A stretch of DNA of 64,000 nucleotides from an uncultured Gemmatimonadota bacterium (GTDB taxonomy: Bacteria > Gemmatimonadota > Gemmatimonadetes > Palauibacterales > Palauibacteraceae), in NCBI GenBank assembly GCA_964510615.1, contig CAZEBA010000007.1:33817-97816 (forward strand). Direction: 5' to 3'. Both the position numbers and the translations under genes were made by a program. The notes under the pieces were generated by a model, which was not told the DNA's origin, did no database searches, and saw only the letters and a list, made by a program, of their open reading frames with translations. Below, one piece after another: positions 37,607 to 45,923 of the stretch (position 1 is its first letter; the number at the start of each line of letters is the position of its first letter).

Positions 37607-38476
37607 CTACTCCCCGAGCTGGGCGCGCAGGAACGCCACCGTGCGGGGCCACGCCTGCTCGGAGGCGCGGAGGTTCGCACCATCTCGACCGGTCTGCTGC
37701 CGGAGGAAGCCGTGTCCCGCCCCGTCGTAGATCTCGCGCTCGTAGACCTTGCCAAGGCGGTCCATCTCCTCGGCCGCCGGAGGGATGGTGGCGTTCACGC
37801 GCGCATCATCGCCGCCGTAGAGCCCCAGCACGGGGGCCGCGATCCCGGCCAGCGATTCGGTGGGAGGCGAGCTGCCATAATAGACGACGGCCGCATCCAG
37901 ATCCGCCCACGCCGTGGCCAGCAGGAAGCTGGTCGATCCGCCCCAGCAGAAGCCGATGCTCCCGACCTCGTCGGTCGCCGCCGGGAGGGCCGTCGCGTAG
38001 GCGGCGGCGGCCTCTAGACGCCGGTTCACCTCGCCGCGGTCGAGCTCGCGGATCGCCAGCCGAACGCTGTCGGGCGAAAAGGAGTCGGTGCCGCCACCGT
38101 CGAAGCCCTTCCCGCTCAGCAGGTCGGGGGCGATGGCGATGAAGCCGTCGGCAGCGAGCTGGTCGGCCACGGATCGCACCCAGTCCGTGAGCCCGAAGAT
38201 CTCGTGGATCACGACCACGACCGGCGCCCGGTCGTCCCGCTCCGGATAGACCATCCAGGCGGTCACGGTGTCGGCGCCTCCGGCGTCGTATTCGACCCAC
38301 TCGCCGTGCCGGGGCGACTCCACCAGGCGGGTGAGCGCGTGCTCGGCGTCGGGTGGCAGGCCGCTGTCGGGCTGCCCGGTCCGCTCAGCATCCTGTGCCG
38401 CGCTCCTGTCGGCCGTCGCGAGGCCGGCGATGGCGACGACGGTGATCGCGGCCGTCGTTCTCCAACCCAGGATCAT
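37607..38476 (-). CDS. dienelactone hydrolase-family protein, secreted
   Basis: Signal peptide MILGWRTTAAITVVAIAGLATA, then the DLH pattern ...VVVIHEIFGLTDW...IGFCWGGS...DGAGHGF... Confidence 0.8.
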   Translation of the reverse strand: MILGWRTTAAITVVAIAGLATADRSAAQDAERTGQPDSGLPPDAEHALTRLVESPRHGEWVEYDAGGADTVTAWMVYPERDDRAPVVVVIHEIFGLTDWVRSVADQLAADGFIAIAPDLLSGKGFDGGGTDSFSPDSVRLAIRELDRGEVNRRLEAAAAYATALPAATDEVGSIGFCWGGSTSFLLATAWADLDAAVVYYGSSPPTESLAGIAAPVLGLYGGDDARVNATIPPAAEEMDRLGKVYEREIYDGAGHGFLRQQTGRDGANLRASEQAWPRTVAFLRAQLGE

Positions 38477-38701
38477 CTGTGTTCCTCCGTTCGGTTTCTT
38501 TCCGTACCGCGCGTGGTGCTGTTCGGCGGAATCTACTCACGGTCGGGCCGACGAACGATCGGCCCGAGGATTGGTCTAGCGGACGAAACTAGCCGAGAGG
38601 GCGTCGGATGGCAGTTTGGCGTCGGGAATTGACGAACGAAACATGGGCTGCGTACTTGTATGCCGACTGCGCATCTCCCGTCCCATCCCAAGGAGGACCC
38701 G

Positions 38702-39454
38702 ATGATACCCAGACTTTCCCTCGTTGTAGGGCTCGGAGCCATGCTGATGCCTCTGGCGGCGTTCGCCCAGGAGGAGCAGAAGCCGGCGGTCTTCGCGACC
38801 TACTACTACTGCAATCAGGCCACCGAGGCGCGGGCCGACACCCTCTGGGGCGAGCACGTCGCTCCGGTCTTCGATCAGCACCTGGCGGCCGGCGACATCA
38901 CGGCCTATGGCTGGCTCTCCCACCGGATCGGCGGCAAGTGGCGCCGCCTGGAGTACTTCACCTCGCCGTCGCGCGACGCCCTGCTGACGACGAGAGCGGC
39001 CCTGATCGAGGAGCTCGACGGCAACGACGCGCTCGACGCGTTCACCGAGATCTGCCCCTCGCACGACGACTACATCTGGAACTACGAGGGCGGCTCCGAT
39101 CCGTCGCTCGGCTCGCGCCCCGAGTTCGGCCTCTCGATGTACTTCGAGTGCGACTTCGCGCGGGAGGATCTGGCCGACGAGATCTATCTGAACGTCTTCG
39201 ACGACGTGCTCGACGACGCGGTCGCGGACGGCATCATCTCCGGCTGGAGCTGGCTCTCGCATGACGTCGGCGGCAAGTATCGCCGGATCGCCGTACTGGA
39301 CGGGGCGGGGGCAGGGGTCAACGCTCTGCTCGACGGACGGGATGCGATCTTCGACACGATCGCCGAGATGATGGAGGGGGCGTTCCTGGTCTTCTCAGAG
39401 ACCTGCAACTCGCACACCGATTACGTGTGGACCGTGGAGATGTCCAAGCCGTAG
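38702..39454 (+). CDS. secreted protein of unknown function, internally duplicated ~110-aa domain (paralog 1 of 2 in window)
   Basis: Signal MIPRLSLVVGLGAMLMPLAAFAQ. Two halves each contain Y-x-x-C..., GW(L/S)WLSH..GGK(W/Y)RR and E-x-C-x-SH-x-DY-x-W (EICPSHDDYIWNY and ETCNSHTDYVWTV). Paralogous to 54307..55065. Confidence 0.65.
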   Translation: MIPRLSLVVGLGAMLMPLAAFAQEEQKPAVFATYYYCNQATEARADTLWGEHVAPVFDQHLAAGDITAYGWLSHRIGGKWRRLEYFTSPSRDALLTTRAALIEELDGNDALDAFTEICPSHDDYIWNYEGGSDPSLGSRPEFGLSMYFECDFAREDLADEIYLNVFDDVLDDAVADGIISGWSWLSHDVGGKYRRIAVLDGAGAGVNALLDGRDAIFDTIAEMMEGAFLVFSETCNSHTDYVWTVEMSKP

Positions 39455-39541
39455 GAACCGCGAAAGCGGGCCTGCGCCTGCGCAGCGTCGACCCGCCGCC
39501 AGACAGCAAGGCGCGCCGAGTCGCGCTACCGTGATGGAAGC

Positions 39542-39568
39542 GAGAGCCCCGTCGCAAACGGGGCTCTC
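39542..39568 (+). terminator. hairpin terminator candidate (10-bp perfect stem GAGAGCCCCG/CGGGGCTCTC, 7-nt loop)
   Basis: Read directly, 88 nt after the stop of the 38702..39454 gene. No U-tract. Confidence 0.45.
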
Positions 39569-39717
39569 GTGCATCCGGGAACGATCGCCTCGGGCCGCAG
39601 CGCAACGGGGATCCCTTCAGCGGTCGCAGAGCCGCGTCTGCTTGCTGGACCGAGCGCTCTGGCGCAGCTTTGCACCGGGAATCTCCAGAAACCGTCAATC
39701 GGTCGCACCCGGCGCAC

Positions 39718-41562
39718 ATGTCAGGACTGAAGCGGCTCATCCACGAGGCTCACCGGCGCTCGCTGTGGCAGGTGCTGGGCATCTACCTCGTGGGATCCTG
39801 GATCGCGCTGCAGGTGGTGGACGTGCTGGCCAACAACTTCGGCCTGCCGACCTGGTTCCCTCCGTTCGCGCTGGCACTCCTCATCGTCGGCCTCCCGATC
39901 GTTCTCGCCACCGCGTTCGTCCAGGAGGGAGTTGGCGCCAGGACGGAGAGCGGCGGCTCGGACGCGGCCTCCCCGACCTCGGAGCCTGGCGGGACGTCGA
40001 CGGCGCCACAGGCTCCCCACAGATTTCTCACCTGGAGGAACGCCATCCTCGGCGGCCTGGGCGCGTTCGCGCTCTGGGGGATCGTCGCCACCGGCTGGCT
40101 GGTGATCGGTCCCTCTCGCGGAGGCGAGGGTGCCGTCTCGTCGGCTGCCGTGGCGGGCGGCCGGACTGCGGGCGCCACTCGTTCGGAGCGGAGTTCGATC
40201 GCGGTGCTGCCCTTCACCAACCGGAGCGCCGACGCCCAGGCGGATGCGGCGTTCTTCGCCAGCGGCATCCACGACGATATCCTCACGCAGCTCTCCAAGA
40301 TCCAGGCGCTCAAGGTGATCTCGCGGACCTCGGTGATGCAGTACGAGGGGACCCAGAAGACGATCGGCCAGATCGGTGACGAGCTGGGCGTGGCCACGGT
40401 GCTGGAGGGAAGCGTGCAGCGGGCCGGCGACCGGGTACGCGTGAACGTGCAGCTGATCGCCACCGACACGGACGAGCACCTGTGGGCGGAGACGTACGAT
40501 CAGGAGCTCACGGCCGCCAACGTGTTCGCGATTCAGAGCGACGTCGCCCGCGAGATCGCCCGGGCCCTGGAGGCCACGCTGGCTCCCGAGGTGGCGGAGC
40601 GGATCGAGCAGCGGCCCACCGAGAGCCTGGAGGCGTACGAGCTCTACCTCCAGGGTCGTTACGTCATGGACCGCGGGACGAGGCAGGATCGGGAGAACGC
40701 CGTTCAGCTGTTTCGCCGCTCCATTGAGGCGGATCCGGGCTTCGCCCTGGCACATGCCTGGCTGGCCACCGCGTACGTGACCCTTCTCGGAAGCGCCTAT
40801 CTGAACCCGGCGGAGGCGTTGCCCCCCGCCCGAGCCGCCGCGCAACGCGCCCTGGAGTTCGATCCCGACCTTCCCGAGGCGCACACCGCCCTGGCCGAGG
40901 TGCTAGCGGCGGAGGGGAGGTGGGACGAGGCGGAGCGGGAGTTCGTTCGTGCCATCGAGCTGAACCCTGGCAACGCCAGGGCGCACGAGCGGTACGGTCT
41001 GTTGATCGTCGACCGGGAGAGGTTCGAGGAGGCGCGCTCCGAGCTCGAGATCGCGGCGGAGCTCGATCCGACGTCGCGCGTGATTCGCGCGAACCTGGCA
41101 TTCGTCCGGTTCCTGCTCCGCGACTTCGACGGAACCGAGAGCGAGGCGCTCCGGATGATCGAGCTCGAGCCGGACTTCGACTACGGCTACTACATTCTCG
41201 CCGCCGCCCTCTCCATGCAGGGGCGCCACGAGGAGGCGGTCGCCGCGGCCAACCGATGCATCGAGCTGGCGCCCGATGATCTCTACAACCTCGCGGCCCT
41301 CGGATTCGTCCTCGCTAGAACAGGGGACCGCGAGCGCGCACTCCAGATCGCAAGCCAGGTCGAGCAGCGGGGAGGCTCTCTCAAGGAGATCGCGCTCATC
41401 TACGGCCAGCTCGGGGAGACCGACCGTGCGTTCGAGTACCTCGAGCGCACGTACGAGGCCGATCCCGGGGATCTCCAGTTCCTGATGAGCGATCCCTCTG
41501 CGGATCCCCTCCGCGGCGATCCCCGCTTCGACGACCTTGCCAGGAGGGCAGGGCTGAAGTAG
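39718..41562 (+). CDS. membrane-anchored TolB-N-like / TPR-repeat protein, paralog B
   Basis: MSGLKRLIHEAHRRSLWQVLGIYLVGSWIALQVVDVLANNFGLPTWFPPFALALLIVGLPIVLATAFVQEG..., second TM HRFLTWRNAILGG..., then SIAVLPFTNRSADAQADAAFFASGIHDDILTQLSKIQALKVISRTSVMQYEGTQKTIGQIGDELGVATVLEGSVQRAGDRVRVNVQLI, then TPRs. Start at internal ATG of track ORF 39670. Confidence 0.75.
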   Translation: MSGLKRLIHEAHRRSLWQVLGIYLVGSWIALQVVDVLANNFGLPTWFPPFALALLIVGLPIVLATAFVQEGVGARTESGGSDAASPTSEPGGTSTAPQAPHRFLTWRNAILGGLGAFALWGIVATGWLVIGPSRGGEGAVSSAAVAGGRTAGATRSERSSIAVLPFTNRSADAQADAAFFASGIHDDILTQLSKIQALKVISRTSVMQYEGTQKTIGQIGDELGVATVLEGSVQRAGDRVRVNVQLIATDTDEHLWAETYDQELTAANVFAIQSDVAREIARALEATLAPEVAERIEQRPTESLEAYELYLQGRYVMDRGTRQDRENAVQLFRRSIEADPGFALAHAWLATAYVTLLGSAYLNPAEALPPARAAAQRALEFDPDLPEAHTALAEVLAAEGRWDEAEREFVRAIELNPGNARAHERYGLLIVDRERFEEARSELEIAAELDPTSRVIRANLAFVRFLLRDFDGTESEALRMIELEPDFDYGYYILAAALSMQGRHEEAVAAANRCIELAPDDLYNLAALGFVLARTGDRERALQIASQVEQRGGSLKEIALIYGQLGETDRAFEYLERTYEADPGDLQFLMSDPSADPLRGDPRFDDLARRAGLK

Positions 41563-41585
41563 GCGCGGAGGCGGCCCGGTCCCGT

Positions 41586-43134
41586 CTAATCGCCCCGTCG
41601 CGTCTCGTAGATCGCCCGTACCGTCTCGATCGTATCCGCTTCCGCCGGGCCCTTGTCCTCCCGGTAGCCCTTGAGCCGCGCGAAGCGGAGCGCGACGCCG
41701 CCCGGGTACTTGGGGCTCGCCTGGACGTCGTTGAACGCGATCTCGGCCACCAGCTCGGGGCGGACGAATACCGTGATCCCCTCGCGCCGGGTCTCGAGCG
41801 CGAGCAGCCGCTCCGTCTGCCAGGCGAGCGTGGCGTCCGTCATCCCCTTGAACGTCTTGCCTAGCATCACGTAGCCGCCCTCCGGGTCCCGGGCGCCGAG
41901 GTGGAGGTTGCTGAGCCAGCCACGCCGGCGGCCGTGACCCCACTCGGCCGCCAGCACCACCAGGTCGAGGGTGTGGGCCGGCTTGATCTTGAGCCATGCA
42001 CGGCCGCGCGCTCCGGCCGCGTACGGGGCATCCAGCATCTTCGCCATCACGCCTTCGTGCCCGCTCCGCATCGTGCGCTCCAGGAACTCGGCCGCCGCGT
42101 CCGCATCTTCGGTCACGATCCGGTCCAGGGTCACGTCTCCCGGCAGGGCGGCGCTCAAGGCCGCGAACCGCTCCCCCGCCGGCTCGTCGAGCAAGCTCTT
42201 CCCGTCCAGGTACAGGCAGTCGAAGAAGAACGGCTGGAGCGGGGTCTCCCGGCGCAGACGCTCCACATCGAGGCGGCTCCCGAAGCGGCTCATCGTGGTC
42301 TGGAAGGGAAGCGGGGATCCGTCCGGGCGCAGGGCGATCGCCTCGCCGTCCAGGATGATCTCGCGCGCCGGCAGATTCCGCGCCGCCTCGACGATCTCCG
42401 GCAGCGCAGCCGTGACGTCGTTCAGACGCCGGGTGAAGATCCGGACGTCGTCGCCGGCCTTGTGCAGCTGGATCCGCGCTCCGTCCAGCTTCGGCTCGAA
42501 CGCGGCTCGCTCAAGGTGGCCCAGGGCCTCGTCCACGTCCTCGGCGGCCTGGGCCAGCATCGGCTGAACCGGGCGAAACAGGCGGATCCCCAACGTGGCC
42601 AGCGCCTGTGTTCCGCCGGACAAGGCCGCAGCCGCCACCTCGCCTGGGTCGTTGGTCAACATCACGGCCCGGCGCACCCGCGACTTGGGGACGGAAGCGG
42701 CGGCCGCCACCGCATCGAGCATCACGCCGGCCTGCGCCCCCTGTCGCAGCTCGCCGAAGACGAGCCGCCGGAGGAACGCCTGCTCGGGCTCCGTAGCGTG
42801 GGCCAGAAGGTTCCGAAGGAGCCCGACGCGCACGGCCGAGGAACCAGGGCCGCTCGCCTCCGCCATGGCCTGAAAGGCGGCATCGACCTCACGGAGGACG
42901 AGCGTCGCGGCGGGCGCCGCCCCTCCCGGATCGGCCCTGCGGAGCGCGGCCGGGCCGATCCCGGGACGGCCCTGCGGAAGCTCTCCCGACAGGTACGCCA
43001 CCCCGATCCCGATCTCGTCCCGATCCAGGGCCGCCAGGGTCTGCGCCAGCAGGGCGACCTTCTCCCTGCGTCCGCTCGCCCGGGATACCCGCTGCCAGGT
43101 CTCGACGAGGTGCCCGAGCTTCACGATCCGCGGC
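41586..43134 (-). CDS. ATP-dependent DNA ligase (LigB-like; DNA-binding, adenylation and OB domains)
   Basis: Adenylation motif I EPKLDGARIQ (KxDG), motifs III-V and OB-fold ...WLKIKPAHTLDLVVLAAEWGHGRR.... Start proposed at GTG 43134 (VKLGHLVETWQRV...). The upstream 80 codons of the track ORF are Arg/Gly-rich with no ligase-like pattern. Confidence 0.85.
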
Positions 43135-43374
43135 TCGCCGACCGGATCGCCGCCGGGGCGGCCGGCTGTCTGCGCAATCGTTGAACACTCCGGGAAGAAA
43201 GTGATCGCACATCTCCAAGGGGCGACGGGGCCGGGAGCCCCGCAAGTCGAGGCCCCGTCCGCGCCAACGCTTCTCCCTCTGCTCCTGGCACCGAGTTTGA
43301 CGTTTCGGACGCCCGAGGGGTCTCCGGCGCGAAGGGGAAAGCGCCGGCGACAGGAGCCAGAGCGGAGCCAACGC

Positions 43375-43968
43375 ATGACCTACCCTGGGGGCACCTACGC
43401 CGGGCGCCGGGCCGCCGGGGGCGTGCGCGTGCTCGCCGCCACAATGGTCGTCGTCCTCGGATTGGTCGCCACCCTCCAGCCGCTGCAGGCGCAGCGGACG
43501 GCGACGCCGGACCCGTCCGCCTCATCCGCATCGCAGGCGACAGGGGACCCGGATGCTCCAAGCCATCGACGTGGGCTGTGGGCGGGAGCCGGACTGGGTG
43601 CGGGCTTCGACCGTGTCTTCTGCGAGATCTGCGACGGAAGCGTCCAGGCGGGTTGGTCGGGATACCTCCGTCTGGGCGGCACGGTCGGCCCGCGCCTCCT
43701 CCTCGGCGGCGAGCTTACGGGATGGTTGAAGGGACAGGAGGAGGTCACCCGGAGCATCGGGGCGGTGAGCTTCGTCGCCTACTGGTACCCGAGGGACTCC
43801 GGTCTCTACCTCAAGGGCGGTGGGGGCGCCCAGACGCAGCCATTCCCGGGCTCGATTCGGCAGTTCATCGCCCGGAAGGAGAACGACCGCGGCCCGCTCA
43901 ACCCGAGCGGGCCCGCCGTCGGCGCCGAACGCAACTACGGCGGGCCGGGAGTGCACGCCCCGAACTGA
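43375..43968 (+). CDS. secreted hypothetical protein (197 aa)
   Basis: MTYPGGTYAGRRAAGGVRVLAATMVVVLGLVATLQPLQAQ signal, then Gly/aromatic-rich sequence (...GLWAGAGLGAGFDRVFCEICDG...). Start at internal ATG 43375 of track ORF 43201. Confidence 0.5.
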   Translation: MTYPGGTYAGRRAAGGVRVLAATMVVVLGLVATLQPLQAQRTATPDPSASSASQATGDPDAPSHRRGLWAGAGLGAGFDRVFCEICDGSVQAGWSGYLRLGGTVGPRLLLGGELTGWLKGQEEVTRSIGAVSFVAYWYPRDSGLYLKGGGGAQTQPFPGSIRQFIARKENDRGPLNPSGPAVGAERNYGGPGVHAPN

Positions 43969-44073
43969 GTGCAGGTCCCTTCTTGCTTGCTGTCGCAGGC
44001 GCTCCAACGCAGCTTGTTTCGGCGGGAGGGGTTGTCGATCGGTCACTCCCAGCCCGGCAGCCGGCGGATTCGT

Positions 44074-45918
44074 ATGGCAAGTCTGAAGCAGCTGATCCAC
44101 GAGATCCATCGCCGTTCGCTATGGCAGGTTCTCGGCATCTACGCCGTCGGCTCGTGGGTTGCCCTTCAGGTGGTGGATGTTCTCGCCCAGAACTTCGGTC
44201 TCCCGGCCTGGTTTCCGCCATTCGCCCTGTCTCTCCTCGTGATCGGTCTGCCGATCGTGCTGGCGACCGCCTTCATCCAGGAGGGGGTCGGAGCTAGGCC
44301 GGGTCCCGGCTCGCCCGAGTCCCCCGACGCCCGCTCCGTCGCGCCCGAGGGCAGGAGTCACGAGAGGCCCGCCGACGGATCCGTGCATGGTCGCCTCCTC
44401 ACATGGCGGAACGCGATCACCGGAGGGTTGGCGGCTGTCGCGCTCTGGGGGGTGATCGCCACCGCCTGGCTGCTGTTCGGCTCGCCTGGCCGTGAGCCGG
44501 CCGCCGCTGCAGGCGGCCTGCGCGCGGGCGAAGAGGTGAGGGCCGAGAATCGTCGGTCGATCGCGGTGCTCCCGTTCGCCAGCGTCCGGAGCGATGAGGA
44601 GAGCCGCTCCTTCGTGAGCGGCATCCACGACGACATCCTCACTCAGCTCTCCAAGATCGCCGGTCTGAAGGTGATCTCTCGAACGAGCGTGCTTCAGTAC
44701 GAGGGTACTCAGAAGACGATCGGCGAGATCGGGAGCGAGCTCGGGGTGGCGACGGTCATGGAGGGAGGGGTGCAGCGCTCCGGCGACCGCGTCCGCGTGA
44801 ACGTCCAGCTGATCGATGCACGAACCGACCAGCACCTCTGGGCGGAGTCGTACGATCAGGAGCTGACCGCAGCGAACGTGTTCGCCATCCAGAGCGACAT
44901 CGCGCGCCAGATCGCACGGGCCCTCGAGGCGGCGCTCGCTCCCGACGTGAGTGCTCGGCTGGCGCAGCGGCCCACCGAGAGCCTTGAGGCGTACGACCTC
45001 TACCTCAGAGGGCGCTACCTGCTGGACAAGACGACGAAGGAGGCCTTTGAGGACGCGATCGAGCTCTATGAGCGGGCGATCGCGGCCGACCCCGCGTTCG
45101 CATTGGCCTACACCGGCCTCGCCGACGCCTATCTGAGCCTGGCGGGCCGGGGGTTCCTACCGACCTCGGAGGCGGTCACGAAGGCGAGGGCGGCCGCCGA
45201 GCGGGCGATGGCCCTCGACGAGGGCTTGGCGGAGGCGCACACATCGCTCGCCAGGACGCTGGACCTCGAAGGCCGTTGGGAGGACGCCCAGCGGGAGTAT
45301 CAGCGGGCGATCGAGCTCAACCCCGGCTATGCCCTGGCTCGCATCCGATACGCGGGCCTCCTGCAGGATCGTAGCCGAACGGAAGAGGCGCTCGCCCAGT
45401 TCGAAATCGCGGCGGAACTGGATCCCCGCTCGCGCCTCATCCGCGCCAACGTCGCCTTCAGTCGCTTCTACGTTCGAGACTACGCGGGGACGGTCGAAGA
45501 AGCGCTTGCCCTCATCGAGCTGGAGCCCGCGTACTCGTATGGCTACTACATACTCGGTGTGGGCCAGTCGTTCCTCGGCCGGAACCAGGAGGCGATCGCC
45601 GCTGGGACGCGCGCCGTCGAGCTCGAACCCGATGACCTCTACAATCTGGCCATGCTCGCTTTCGTCAATGCGCGTGCCGGAAACCGGGAGAGCGCGATCG
45701 ATCTCGCTGGTCAGGTGGAGGAGCGAGGGGGCTCGCTCAAGGAGGTGGCACTCGTGTATGGCGCGCTCGGGGAGATGAACCGGGCCTTCGAGTACCTGGA
45801 ACGGGCGTACGAGAGCGACCCTTCGGACATGTCCAACCTGAACGTGGACCCGTCGGCCGACCCGCTGCGTGCCGATCCGCGATTCCTCGAGCTCCTGCAA
45901 AGACTCGGGTTGGAGTAG
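44074..45918 (+). CDS. membrane-anchored TolB-N-like / TPR-repeat protein, paralog C
   Basis: MASLKQLIHEIHRRSLWQVLGIYAVGSWVALQVVDVLAQNFGLPAWFPPFALSLLVIGLPIVLATAFIQEG... Domain order identical to paralog B; the TolB-N-like segment SIAVLPFASVRSDEESRSFVSGIHDDILTQLSKIAGLKVISRTSVLQYEGTQKTIGEIGSELGVATVMEGGVQRSGDRVRVNVQLI is about 70% identical to B. Confidence 0.75.
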   Translation: MASLKQLIHEIHRRSLWQVLGIYAVGSWVALQVVDVLAQNFGLPAWFPPFALSLLVIGLPIVLATAFIQEGVGARPGPGSPESPDARSVAPEGRSHERPADGSVHGRLLTWRNAITGGLAAVALWGVIATAWLLFGSPGREPAAAAGGLRAGEEVRAENRRSIAVLPFASVRSDEESRSFVSGIHDDILTQLSKIAGLKVISRTSVLQYEGTQKTIGEIGSELGVATVMEGGVQRSGDRVRVNVQLIDARTDQHLWAESYDQELTAANVFAIQSDIARQIARALEAALAPDVSARLAQRPTESLEAYDLYLRGRYLLDKTTKEAFEDAIELYERAIAADPAFALAYTGLADAYLSLAGRGFLPTSEAVTKARAAAERAMALDEGLAEAHTSLARTLDLEGRWEDAQREYQRAIELNPGYALARIRYAGLLQDRSRTEEALAQFEIAAELDPRSRLIRANVAFSRFYVRDYAGTVEEALALIELEPAYSYGYYILGVGQSFLGRNQEAIAAGTRAVELEPDDLYNLAMLAFVNARAGNRESAIDLAGQVEERGGSLKEVALVYGALGEMNRAFEYLERAYESDPSDMSNLNVDPSADPLRADPRFLELLQRLGLE

Positions 45919-45923
45919 GCCGG

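Noticed and set aside
36181-38142. 653-aa plus-strand ORF across the M48 protease and dienelactone hydrolase genes
   Set aside because: Extremely Arg/Pro/Gly-rich (long RRxRR runs). Antisense to two genes with clear catalytic motifs.
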